Both the position numbers and the translations under genes were made by a program. A stretch of DNA of 37,546 nucleotides from Candidatus Hadarchaeota archaeon (lineage in GTDB: Archaea > Hadarchaeota > Hadarchaeia > Hadarchaeales > Hadarchaeaceae). Shown here piece after piece: positions 1 to 8,747 of this stretch. Each line of letters opens with the position of its first letter. The first letter of the stretch is position 1. Location of the stretch: contig CAZMCI010000004.1 in assembly GCA_964564905.1 (NCBI GenBank), positions 1-37,546 on the forward strand. Reading direction: 5' to 3'. The notes under the pieces are model-generated. The model had not been told where the DNA came from and searched no databases. It was given only the letters and a program-made list of their open reading frames with translations.

Positions 1-305
1 GCGAGTCCTTCTTGGTCAGCTGCACCGTTTCCCCCTCAGCGCGACCACCGCTCCTTCCCACGACCCGGTAGCTAATCTGCTCGAAAGTTGAGGCGATATG
101 CGGAGGGCTCAGGGTGAAATGTGAATCAGCCTTCCGAGGTGGCCGAATGTTCGGTAATGTGGAGCCGCCGGTAGAACTTACTCACCCTCTATTGCTTACG
201 AGGCGACCGCTGTAACCAATCTCAGCCAACGACAAAGTCTCGATGGCGCCGGGGAAGGAAGCGTGGCTCGGAGTCAAAAGCCCCCGGCGGACAAGAGCGG
301 GTTTT
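1..305 (+). ncRNA. Unclassified structured RNA candidate (~300 nt; may begin at or just before the window edge)
   Basis: ORF-free and GC-rich, unlike the AT-rich spacers elsewhere. Terminal helix 7-17/290-300. Hairpins at 101-109/128-136, 138-143/164-169 and 247-254/282-289. Their G-U wobbles (g105-t132, t140-g167) become A-C mismatches on the minus strand. UUUU at 302-305. Family (SRP RNA, RNase P RNA or other) could not be resolved by eye. Confidence 0.35.
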
Positions 306-502
306 CGTATAAAATTATCTCTGGAGCCGCCGATGGGTTTCTCACCAGAAGTATAAGGACAGAGGTTTTCCCCACTTGCTTTCTGGCTCAACACCCCCCT
401 CATAATCGCTTGTCAAACTGGAAGCCGAGCAATATTCAGACTCTAGAACTTCAGAAATAGATTTTATACTCAAGTTCACATAAAGTAGTGGTCGGAGAGA
501 GC

Positions 503-742
503 ATGGCCAAGAGATTGATGTTTGATGTCGTGATTCAAAAGGATGAAACGGGCGGGTATGTGGCGTTTGTTCCTTCCCTACTTGGGTGCCACACGCAAGG
601 CGAAACGCTCGAAGAGTTGATGAAAAACGTTGAAGAAGCGATCGAGCTCTACCTAGAAACCTTGGACGAGGAGGAGAAATCAGAAGTTCTCAAAATGGCT
701 CACTCAGTTGTAGGATTACAAAAAGTAGAGGTTCATGCCTAA
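503..742 (+). CDS. hicB: HicB-family antitoxin (UPF0150 fold)
   Basis: Motif GGYVAFVPSLLGCHTQGETLEELMKNVEEAIELYLE is typical of HicB. GGAGAG lies 4 nt upstream of ATG 503 (the ORF is open from GTG 488). TTTTATA at 462-468. Overlaps hicA by 8 nt. Confidence 0.8.
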   Translation: MAKRLMFDVVIQKDETGGYVAFVPSLLGCHTQGETLEELMKNVEEAIELYLETLDEEEKSEVLKMAHSVVGLQKVEVHA

Positions 743-965
743 AATCGGACCCGTTCCAGCTGAGAAGCTCATCAAAATATTGATCCATGAAGGATTTCAG
801 GTCGTAAGAAGGAAGGGTTCCCATGTCATCCCGATGAAAGAGAACGCGCGCACTGTTGTCCCAGTTCATCCAAGCAAAGAGGTCAAACCAGCACTTGTGA
901 GGGCGATAATCCAGGAAGCGAAACTCACCCGAGAAAAATTCTTCGAGCTGTTGAAGAAGATGTAA
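735..965 (+). CDS. hicA: HicA-family mRNA interferase toxin
   Basis: 76-aa basic protein. LIKILIHEGFQVVRRKGSHVI matches the HicA/YcfA dsRBD-like motif with the GSH histidine. Translationally coupled to hicB. Confidence 0.8.
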   Translation: MPKIGPVPAEKLIKILIHEGFQVVRRKGSHVIPMKENARTVVPVHPSKEVKPALVRAIIQEAKLTREKFFELLKKM

Positions 966-1024
966 CCCAAAATCTGGAGCCGCCGGTGGAACGGTGAGTT
1001 GAGGGCTTTTGACTTCAAGTTAAG

Positions 1025-1109
1025 CGCCGGGGAGGGGATTTGAACCCCTGCTCTCCGGTGGAGAACCAGATCTCGAGTCTGGCGCGTTACCTGGCTTCGC
1101 TACCCCGGC
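1025..1109 (-). tRNA. tRNA-Ser (anticodon CGA), class II with long variable arm, no encoded CCA
   Basis: Minus-strand read GCCGGGG-TA-GCGAAGCCAGGTAACGC-G-CCAGA-CTCGAGA-TCTGG-TTCTCCACCGGAGAGC-AGGGGTTCAAATCCCCT-CCCCGGC-G. It has a 7-bp acceptor stem, 3-bp D stem, 5-bp anticodon stem with loop CU-CGA-GA, a UCUCC/GGAGA variable arm, a T arm and discriminator G. Confidence 0.93.
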
Positions 1110-1130
1110 ACCTGAATAGAATTACGCCCC

Positions 1131-1143
1131 TTAAATAATAAAT
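1131..1143 (-). promoter_or_regulatory. TATA-like box for tRNA-Ser
   Basis: Minus strand reads ATTTATTATTTAA, 22-34 nt upstream of the tRNA 5' end at 1109. It abuts the DP2 stop codon. Confidence 0.45.
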
Positions 1144-4100
1144 CACAGGAAATCGGCCAAGCTCAGCTGTCTGTGGGCGTCGCTCTCGAACATGGATCTG
1201 ATATCACGCTGGGTGAGGTTCAAGCGCTGCTTGGTGTAGTCGCTGGCATGGTATTCCTCCGCTACCTGCATTGCGATCTGAAGGTATTTCTCCACTCCCC
1301 CTCGTGTGACGGTCAGGACCAGCTTACCGCCGCAACGTGTGCAAACACCGCTCAGGGGGACCCTCCGGTGGATCTTGTTGCACGACACGCACCTGAATCT
1401 CTGGGTGGCAAACTTGCGCAGGTTTCCCTTGAGATCCGGGATGAAGTGGTGCTCGATGACGCGCTCGGCGACATCCCGTTCATCCACGGCCCTTATCTTC
1501 CTGGCCAAACCGAGCTGTGCTGAGATCTTGTCCTCCATCGTCTCCAGCGTCTTGTACCTGCTCGAGCGTGGGCCGGAGGCGATGTCGCTGGTGGCGGTGG
1601 AAAATTTTAGTCCCTCATACTGGGCCTCGGAACCGAGCCTGTGCTCCACCGTTTCCATCAACTTTGCCATCTCGACCGGACTGGCATACCGGTAGGTCGC
1701 CTCGTAGAACTCGATCGGATATCTCTCCATCACATCCATGTTGTGGGCCTCCTTGTCTATCTCCGTGGGATTTATGCGGGTGCTGAGGATGAGGGGCGCA
1801 TCCATTGTGCCGCCCCGCGTGGATGGGAGGAATCGCCTGCTGAAGTTCAGGAGGGCGTCCAGCAGGAGCATTAAACAATCCTCATCTCCATCACAATCTC
1901 TCCTCTTTGCCGCGTGGAAGAACGGATGCGCATATCCAACGCTGGCGTCCGTGAACCCGATTATACGTCCCGCGACCGCGACCGACGTGTGCGGAGCCAG
2001 CCCCATCACGATGTGGCCCACGAGGTCGGACGGAGAACGGGCATTGTAGTAAGGGGGCAGACCGTAAAACTTCTGGAGTAATTCGTCCACGAATCTGGAC
2101 GCTCCAAGCAGATATTCGGCTCCAGCATTGGAGATTATGACATCTTGAACTTTTAACTCCAGAATCTGCTCCTCGTTCTCAAGCGGGTTTCCGTGGATGT
2201 CCCTGGTGTACCCGAGCTCACGGAGGCGCTCCACCGAGGTTCCTATCTCCTTGGGCTTGAAATGGGTGAGGGGAACATTGGTGGCATCAAATCTTATTGT
2301 GCCGTCCTTGAACACGTAAACCCCATGTTTCGCGCGGAGGATGCCCTTTTCTATCGGCTCTGGAATTTTATACTCGCTCGTCATGCCCTGTACCCCTTTG
2401 ACCAGCTCCGGACGTTCTTCCCCCAGACGATCAAGTGCCGCCTCGAAAAGTGATTTCAAGCGCAGCCCGCGCTTGCTGAAGTACTCCCCAACGGCATTAC
2501 ATGCCGGGCACCTATCATCAATCAGGGGGCGCCCGCACCTGGAGCACGTCCTCACCACGTCGACGACAGAGCCGCAGTTCTGACATTTCCTGGTCAGCCC
2601 GATGGCTCCGCACTTCGGACATTTGAAGTTCACCACCTCAACGTATGTCTCCTCGTCGGTCCCCGCTGCCTTTACGAGATTGCGCGTCGACCCTCCACGC
2701 ATGCCCACTGGAAAAAGCACGTGTACCGGAGGCTTCATCTTTCTGGGACTTGCTTTCTCCGGTCTGCCCATCCTCGCTCCAATGCGGGTTGGGGCTTTTC
2801 TCCTCACGGGAAATCCGGCCAGCGATTGAACTATCTCCATCACATCCTTGGCTGGACTGGAGCGTAGTATTCCCTCCAGTCTGTTTCTGCTGAGGCGTGT
2901 TCCCTCCAGAAGGCCCAGACACCTGCACAGGGGGAGGGAGTGTTCCTCTATCAAAACATGACCGCCTTCGACCCTGTGGGGTACGCCAAGTTCCTCCAGC
3001 AATCTCTTTGGCGTCTGATCAAGCGAGACACGTAACCGTCTGAGATTTTCTCCTTCGAACTCTGGTTTCCCGCCGACGAGCCATTTACCCAGCTCTCCCA
3101 GTTCTTCGACCTTCAGGTCATGATAATGATAGGTGTAAGCCGGATGAAGTGGTACGCCCAGCCTCTCCGAAATCCTCACCGCGAGCTCCGGGGGTGGGCG
3201 TGGATATGGAGGGGAACAATATGCGTCCAGTTCCACGTCAAATTTCTTATCTTTTAATGCCCTGGATACCTCCTGGCTCCACCACTCCTCGGAGTAACCG
3301 GCTGGCATGAGCGGATGGTTGTTCTCGAGAAACTCCCCGAAACTGATGAGTATGTCACCCAGAAACAGTATCTCCTCGACTTTGTCCCTGAGTTCCAGGG
3401 CCTCCCTCACGCTTCTCAGCTGTACCACCGAGCCATCCCTAAGCTTGACCACCGGACCCTCGATCGAGTCGACCGGTACGACTGCTCCGCCCTTACCCGG
3501 ACGTTCGGTCTTGAGCTGTGTACCGACCGCCAAAAAATCGTCGCACACCACCATCGTCGCCGGGTGGACACCTATCGCCGCTATCCCGGTGTTTCTGGCC
3601 CGACCGTATCGAAGCCTGAATCCACCCTCGCTACCACGCTGCCCCTCAGTCCCCGGATGGGAAAAAACGGGCCTCCCCGCTATCACCTCTCCGAGATAGG
3701 CCTTTCCCTTCGGGAACGCGGACGCTTTTTCCTTGGTCGGAGCCCTGGAAATTATATCGGCTAGCCATCCCCATCCATCGATGTTGAGCTTGTTAACGTA
3801 CTTCATGATCTTCGAGGCTTTTTGCATCACGCCCTCGGTCAGAGCCAAAACTGCCCCGCCCCTGATGAAATTATGTTCTATGCGCTCCAGATCTCTGTAC
3901 GCTGTGACCGAGATGTCTCGCTCCGTGGGTTCCCCCGTGACCTCGACGGGCAGGTTCTGTACCGCGAACAGGATGTCCTCCTCCGGAGGTTTGTACTGTT
4001 CCCGGGCTATGCTGTTGTGATAGATCTCTACTTCCTCGGCAAAGCGTCTGGCTTCCTTCTCGGTGGGTTTGTACGGGCTCAGATGAAGTTTTCGTCGTGC

Positions 4101-4586
4101 GAAGTCCCCGGCCAGGACCGCAAGGGCCGCTGCCGTCCCACCCGCTGCTCTGATCGGGCTCGCAAAATATAGCGCGAGGTAGGGGCTCCCGTCCATGTTC
4201 TTCTTTATCTTAACTTCGGTTATCCCCTCGAGGGGGGCTATCACTATCCCCTCGGTGAGCACGGCAAGCGCGGTCCTTATGGCCTGCTCGGCGGCCTTTT
4301 CTTCCGTGAATTTGCCGAACTTTCCATCGACGATCATCTCGACAAGCTTGAGTGCCAGCTCTTCACGCGGCATTTTCTTGTCCAGTTCCCTGATGACCCC
4401 AGCGACGCCTTGAGGCCCGACAAGTTTTTCTACCCTGGAAGCGAGGTCTCCTGCCCTCGGTATCTCCGAGTCGAGTTCCGGATCTCGCCCGAGAGAGCGG
4501 GCTTTTTTTGCTATTTCGTAAATCTCGTTTATCTTTCGCTCCATTTCTCTGAAGTAGGTCTCCATCTCCGGACTCATGAGGCTCAA
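1143..4586 (-). CDS. dp2: DNA polymerase II (PolD) large catalytic subunit DP2, intein-free
   Basis: 1147-aa ORF with the DP2-typical N-terminus and multiple Cys4 zinc modules (CPKCG..CQNCG, CSRCG..CPAC, CVSC..CTRCG). Conserved DP2 segments include GGTMDAPLIL and HPFFHAAKRRDCDGDED. Start overlaps the HAD stop (ATGA). Confidence 0.95.
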   Translation of the reverse strand: MSLMSPEMETYFREMERKINEIYEIAKKARSLGRDPELDSEIPRAGDLASRVEKLVGPQGVAGVIRELDKKMPREELALKLVEMIVDGKFGKFTEEKAAEQAIRTALAVLTEGIVIAPLEGITEVKIKKNMDGSPYLALYFASPIRAAGGTAAALAVLAGDFARRKLHLSPYKPTEKEARRFAEEVEIYHNSIAREQYKPPEEDILFAVQNLPVEVTGEPTERDISVTAYRDLERIEHNFIRGGAVLALTEGVMQKASKIMKYVNKLNIDGWGWLADIISRAPTKEKASAFPKGKAYLGEVIAGRPVFSHPGTEGQRGSEGGFRLRYGRARNTGIAAIGVHPATMVVCDDFLAVGTQLKTERPGKGGAVVPVDSIEGPVVKLRDGSVVQLRSVREALELRDKVEEILFLGDILISFGEFLENNHPLMPAGYSEEWWSQEVSRALKDKKFDVELDAYCSPPYPRPPPELAVRISERLGVPLHPAYTYHYHDLKVEELGELGKWLVGGKPEFEGENLRRLRVSLDQTPKRLLEELGVPHRVEGGHVLIEEHSLPLCRCLGLLEGTRLSRNRLEGILRSSPAKDVMEIVQSLAGFPVRRKAPTRIGARMGRPEKASPRKMKPPVHVLFPVGMRGGSTRNLVKAAGTDEETYVEVVNFKCPKCGAIGLTRKCQNCGSVVDVVRTCSRCGRPLIDDRCPACNAVGEYFSKRGLRLKSLFEAALDRLGEERPELVKGVQGMTSEYKIPEPIEKGILRAKHGVYVFKDGTIRFDATNVPLTHFKPKEIGTSVERLRELGYTRDIHGNPLENEEQILELKVQDVIISNAGAEYLLGASRFVDELLQKFYGLPPYYNARSPSDLVGHIVMGLAPHTSVAVAGRIIGFTDASVGYAHPFFHAAKRRDCDGDEDCLMLLLDALLNFSRRFLPSTRGGTMDAPLILSTRINPTEIDKEAHNMDVMERYPIEFYEATYRYASPVEMAKLMETVEHRLGSEAQYEGLKFSTATSDIASGPRSSRYKTLETMEDKISAQLGLARKIRAVDERDVAERVIEHHFIPDLKGNLRKFATQRFRCVSCNKIHRRVPLSGVCTRCGGKLVLTVTRGGVEKYLQIAMQVAEEYHASDYTKQRLNLTQRDIRSMFESDAHRQLSLADFL

Positions 4587-5392
4587 CCCATCACCTCTCC
4601 TATGCTTCCAAAGACGAAATCCGGGGAGGCACCGGCATTTTTCGTCCTCCTGAGGTCCTCCACGGTGCAGGCGCCGCTCAGCACAAGTATGGTCCTCACC
4701 CCCGCCCTCCTACCCGCCTCGATGTCCGTATCGATGCGATCACCGATTATGGCGGTTTCACCGGGATTTGTTTTTAGGAAGGACATGGCCAGATTTATGA
4801 TATGGGGGGATGGTTTGCCTACGACCACATCGGGCTCTCTGCCCGAACAGCCCCTCAGCGCTCCCACTATGGCCCCGGCTCCGGGCAAAAGCCCTCTCTC
4901 CGACGGGTATGTGGGATCCAAGTTGGTCGCAACGAACTCAGCACCAGCCATGAGGGCACGCAACCCCCCCGCTATCTTATCGTATTTTATCTTCTGATCC
5001 AACCCTGCCACCACGTGGGTGGCTGTCTCCGCCTCTTCCCCCGAAACCAACCTCAGGCCCGCACGCCTCAGCTCGGATTTCAGACCAGTCCCCCCAACCG
5101 CGTAAATCCTTGCGCCGGGCGAGTGCTCCCTGAGATACACTGCGGTGGCATATCCCGAGGTAATTACACTGCGTGCACTCACCCTTATGCCCATTCGCGC
5201 GAGTTTTCTCGCGTATTTTTCCCTGGTACCGGTGGAATTATTCGTGATGAAGAGAAGTTTCTTTCCCTCCCTCCGGAACCGTTCGACCGCATCGGCCGCC
5301 CCGTCAACCGGTCTATCTCCGTTGTAAAGAACACCATCCATATCCAGAAGAAGTGCGGATATGCCCTCGAGGGCCCTCGGGGTATCACGCAA
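4583..5392 (-). CDS. HAD-superfamily subfamily IIA phosphatase (NagD-like)
   Basis: LLDMDGVLY (DxD nucleophile motif), ITNNST, GKP and GDRIDTDI motifs. 269 aa. Overlaps the DP1 stop by 8 nt and the DP2 start by 4 nt. Confidence 0.85.
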   Translation of the reverse strand: MRDTPRALEGISALLLDMDGVLYNGDRPVDGAADAVERFRREGKKLLFITNNSTGTREKYARKLARMGIRVSARSVITSGYATAVYLREHSPGARIYAVGGTGLKSELRRAGLRLVSGEEAETATHVVAGLDQKIKYDKIAGGLRALMAGAEFVATNLDPTYPSERGLLPGAGAIVGALRGCSGREPDVVVGKPSPHIINLAMSFLKTNPGETAIIGDRIDTDIEAGRRAGVRTILVLSGACTVEDLRRTKNAGASPDFVFGSIGEVMG

Positions 5393-6965
5393 GACGTATC
5401 ACCCTCGTCTGATGGGTTTTAAGATCGAACACCGGGACCATCCCCGGTGTCGGCTCAACCCCCAGCTGCTGCATGTAATGGGTTTTTCCCTGAAAAGTAC
5501 CGGAATTCACCACGGAAACATCACGATAACGGGTGTAACCGTTGACGTGGACATGCCCGCAATGAAAAACGTCTGGGATTTCATCTATCACCATGTAGTC
5601 GTGCTGTTCCGGGGAGAGAGCGACGCGTCCCCCATAAATGGGCGCCAAATGGCGTTTTTGCAGGAGTTTGACCATGGGAGCCACCGGATTCTGACGGTTG
5701 AGCCCCGGCATGGTCCCTATGAGATCATCGAAACTTCTTCCGTGATACACTATGAAATTGACCCCGTGAAGGGATAGCCAGGCGGGATTTCCCACCATCA
5801 CGGTGTTCAGGTCGTACAGCCCCCCAGCCACATCTTTGGAAATCGCCGGCTGGGGCTCCGACGGACGCACGGCGTCGTGGTTGCCGGGAAGTATCACGAG
5901 GGTGATGTGTTCCGGGATCTGTCCCAAAATGGTAGCCGCCACCTCGTACTGTTTGAAAATGTCGTCGATCAGGAGCTCCTCCTCCTGACGCGGATAGACA
6001 CCTATTCCGTCCACGACGTCGCCGGCAAGGACGATGTACTTCACCCTGCCGGCAAGTTCTCTCTGCCCGCCGTTTCCCGTCTCTCCCCGAAGCCACCTGA
6101 CAAACTTCAAAAACAGGTCTTCCAGAAACATCTCACTACCAACGTGCAGGTCCGAGATCAGCGCGGCGCAGACCGGATCCTCCGCTCTATGAAGCTCATG
6201 CTTTACCGGCAGGTCCGGCCAGATTATATCGTTCACGAAGATTCTGGGAATCCTGTCACCCGCACGTAAGGATCCCACCACGCCGATCACCTCATCGGCG
6301 ACCACCTCTGAAGCTTTCTGGAACAGTTCCCCCTTCCTCTTGAATACAAAAGCGGTTGCCCTCCCGGTGGGGTCTTCCAGATCTATCATCACGTTTCCGG
6401 ATGAGGACTCCCGCTTATCCGATACCATTCCGATCACCTTGACGATCTGTCTCTCACCGAGCTTGCTCAAACTTCCCATGGGGATGGAATCCTGCAGTTC
6501 GATCCGATTTCGCAAAATGCGTTTCATTTTTTCGAACCTATCCTTGAAAAGCCCGACGAAATCCTTCAGCTCTCCCTCGCTGTAACTTTTACCTGTCACA
6601 TCCTTCAATATCTTCACGCGCGATTCGTACTCCGCTGCGATTGGTTTGAACTTGGTATGAGACAATTCCGGGAGGGGTTTCGTCTCGGTCTCGTCCTCCA
6701 GCTTCCGCGTGCCCTCGACCTCCGTGACCGGGAACAATGGTTTTGGACGGACCGATCGTTCCGGCTCGTGAACCTCTCCCCCCAGGATCTCCGTAACGAT
6801 ATCCGGAGTTATCACGAAGGGCTTGGTCTCCCTCTCGGTCAGCGCCGATAGTACCTTCTGCACGGCGGCCTCCATATTTTCGTGAGACCGGAGGACCTCG
6901 AGTGCACCCTTTGTGAGTTGCATGTCGACGTCCATGAATTTTCTAACTACGGAGCTTTCGTCCAT
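5385..6965 (-). CDS. dp1: DNA polymerase II (PolD) small subunit DP1 (Mre11-like phosphoesterase/exonuclease)
   Basis: 526 aa. Has an OB-fold region followed by calcineurin-like motifs DLHVGS, GDVVDG, GNHD and GHVH. Confidence 0.93.
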   Translation of the reverse strand: MDESSVVRKFMDVDMQLTKGALEVLRSHENMEAAVQKVLSALTERETKPFVITPDIVTEILGGEVHEPERSVRPKPLFPVTEVEGTRKLEDETETKPLPELSHTKFKPIAAEYESRVKILKDVTGKSYSEGELKDFVGLFKDRFEKMKRILRNRIELQDSIPMGSLSKLGERQIVKVIGMVSDKRESSSGNVMIDLEDPTGRATAFVFKRKGELFQKASEVVADEVIGVVGSLRAGDRIPRIFVNDIIWPDLPVKHELHRAEDPVCAALISDLHVGSEMFLEDLFLKFVRWLRGETGNGGQRELAGRVKYIVLAGDVVDGIGVYPRQEEELLIDDIFKQYEVAATILGQIPEHITLVILPGNHDAVRPSEPQPAISKDVAGGLYDLNTVMVGNPAWLSLHGVNFIVYHGRSFDDLIGTMPGLNRQNPVAPMVKLLQKRHLAPIYGGRVALSPEQHDYMVIDEIPDVFHCGHVHVNGYTRYRDVSVVNSGTFQGKTHYMQQLGVEPTPGMVPVFDLKTHQTRVIRLA

Positions 6966-6975
6966 GAAAAACTCC

Positions 6976-8286
6976 TCACGCCCTTAAACTCTGACCGGGA
7001 AGAACCAGGGTTTCCAGGGTTCCTATGGAGTAATCCTCGTGAACCGCAGCTCTTGCCTGCGTCGGGTGGATGTTCAGCTTTATCTCCTTCGTCCTCCCGT
7101 GGCGTCCCCTGTTGACCACCTGGGCACTTATGATCCCAAGCATGTCCAGTTCGGAGATAAGATCACTTATCCGACGTCGCGTCAGGACATCCAGCCCGGT
7201 CTGATGGCAGAGATCTTGATACACTTCGTACACATCGCCGCTCACTATTCTTCGTGGGGTTCGCTCGGCGAGCAGCACGATACTGTACAGCACCAGCTTT
7301 GACTGCGTAGGCAGGGTTCGAATTATCTCCACCATTTTGTCCTGCTCGATTTTCTCGTAAGCGCGCCTTACATGTTCCACGGTGACGAGCTCCGCTCCAT
7401 CACGCTCCGCGAGTTCTCCTGCTACCCGGAGCATGTCCAAGGCCCTCCGGGCGTCTCCGTGCTCTCTGGCCGCATGAGCCGCACAGAGTTGTATCACTCC
7501 GTTCCCAAGGACGCCCTCCATGAAACTTATCCTAGCCCTCTTCTCCAGGATATCTTTCAACTGAAGCGCATTGTACGCCGGGAACACTATTTCCTCCTCG
7601 CTGAGGCTACTTCGGACGCGGGGATCGAGATATTCCATGAAGTTCGTGTCATTTGAAATTCCGACAACGGCCACTTTTGCGTTCTTCAGGTCCAGGTTCA
7701 TACGTGTCAGGAGATACAGGATCTCGTCGCCGCTCCTTTGAACGAGCTTGTCGACCTCGTCGAGTATTACCACAGCAAGCTGTCTGTCCTCGTCCAGAGC
7801 TCTAAAGAAACTGTGATAGACCTCATCCGTCGGCCACCCGGTCATGGGCACCCGCCTGGGGAGCCCGGCCGACTTCAAAAATTTTTCACCGCGGGTATCC
7901 TCCAGATTTCTGAGAAAAACGTCTGAAATTGTCGCGAGTATCCTGTACTGGGTGTTCACAATTTCGCAGTTCAGGTAAACCACTTTTACTTTCAGCGGTG
8001 CCCGGTCGCTGACCCTCTCCAGTTCCTTTGCCACGTATCTCACCGTTGCGGTTTTTCCCGTTCCAGGTTTGCCGTAAAGGAAGATGTTCGAGGGGGTTTC
8101 GCCGCGCAGGGGTGCTGCAAGTATCCGCGCTAGCTGGTGGATCTGCTCATCCCTGTGGGGCAACTCGTCAGGTGTATAGCTAGGGCGAAGGTATTCCCGA
8201 TTTTTGAATATTTGTTTCGTCTCCAGCAATGTGCTGAACAGGTTTTCCGGGCTCATGTTTTTCCACCTCCTCTCCAGATCTTTCAA
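6976..8286 (-). CDS. cdc6: Orc1/Cdc6 replication initiator
   Basis: Walker A YGKPGTGKT, Walker B ILDEVD, sensor motifs and a C-terminal winged helix. The true start may be Met11 (8256) or TTG 8229. Every possible start overlaps the upstream gene. Confidence 0.95.
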   Translation of the reverse strand: MKDLERRWKNMSPENLFSTLLETKQIFKNREYLRPSYTPDELPHRDEQIHQLARILAAPLRGETPSNIFLYGKPGTGKTATVRYVAKELERVSDRAPLKVKVVYLNCEIVNTQYRILATISDVFLRNLEDTRGEKFLKSAGLPRRVPMTGWPTDEVYHSFFRALDEDRQLAVVILDEVDKLVQRSGDEILYLLTRMNLDLKNAKVAVVGISNDTNFMEYLDPRVRSSLSEEEIVFPAYNALQLKDILEKRARISFMEGVLGNGVIQLCAAHAAREHGDARRALDMLRVAGELAERDGAELVTVEHVRRAYEKIEQDKMVEIIRTLPTQSKLVLYSIVLLAERTPRRIVSGDVYEVYQDLCHQTGLDVLTRRRISDLISELDMLGIISAQVVNRGRHGRTKEIKLNIHPTQARAAVHEDYSIGTLETLVLPGQSLRA

Positions 8287-8746
8287 GCGAAGCGCTCAGC
8301 CTTTCAATCCAGCCATCCAGCGTGTCGGCCAAGCGATTTATGAGAAAATGTTCTTCAACCGGAAGGCCGAGGACCTCCCCCGGGGAGAGGGCAAGGCGAA
8401 GGAGTTTCGGGAGGCGTATCTCCACCAGCGCCAGAATTTGGTCCCTCAGCCCATCTGCCCTTTTGGATTCGCCCGCCTCTCGCAACATTGAGATCCTCTG
8501 GGCGGCGAGTCGATAAAAATCGTCAGGCAACGACCCAATGGACAAGCTGCGTTCCTCCGCGAGGATAAGCCTTCTGAGCTCGGCGGGCTCAAATTTTTGA
8601 ACCGACTCGGCAACTCCATGGCGTTCCAAAACCATGGCATCCCACGTCCAGACTTCCACCTCGTCTCCCGGGACAAGGGGACCCAGCTCCCTCCGGACCA
8701 ATTTTATCTCCGGGACCTCTTTCAGAATGCGGACCTTCCTCTTCAT
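8180..8746 (-). CDS. GINS subunit-like protein (B-A domain order, Gins23-like)
   Basis: 188 aa. N-terminal small beta domain (LGPLVPGDEVEVWTWDAMVLERHGVAE) followed by a helical domain (LPDDFYRLAAQRI..VEIRLPKLLRLAL). Sits between mcm and orc1. Assignment is by pattern and context only. Confidence 0.55.
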   Translation of the reverse strand: MKRKVRILKEVPEIKLVRRELGPLVPGDEVEVWTWDAMVLERHGVAESVQKFEPAELRRLILAEERSLSIGSLPDDFYRLAAQRISMLREAGESKRADGLRDQILALVEIRLPKLLRLALSPGEVLGLPVEEHFLINRLADTLDGWIERLSASLERSGEEVEKHEPGKPVQHIAGDETNIQKSGIPSP

Positions 8747-8747
8747 G

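Noticed and set aside
1-305. Assigning the first RNA candidate to SRP RNA or RNase P RNA
   Set aside because: Individual short stretches resemble Alu-domain, helix-8, J11/12 and CR-V motifs. Their order and spacing do not fit either consensus architecture, and no clean P4 or helix-8 pairing could be built by hand. It is left unclassified.
182-460. ORFs 182-403 (-) and 263-460 (+)
   Set aside because: Short, overlapping each other, no start context, and they lie in the GC-rich structured non-coding region. Their translations are not protein-like.
161-986. GGAGCCGCCG repeats as a CRISPR-like array
   Set aside because: There are only three copies, about 11-17 nt long, with irregular spacing (161, 323, 976), and no cas genes.
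4410-5422. Plus-strand ORFs 4410-4997 (195 aa) and 4802-5422 (206 aa)
   Set aside because: Antisense to the DP2 N-terminus and the HAD phosphatase. P/S/A-rich junk translation.
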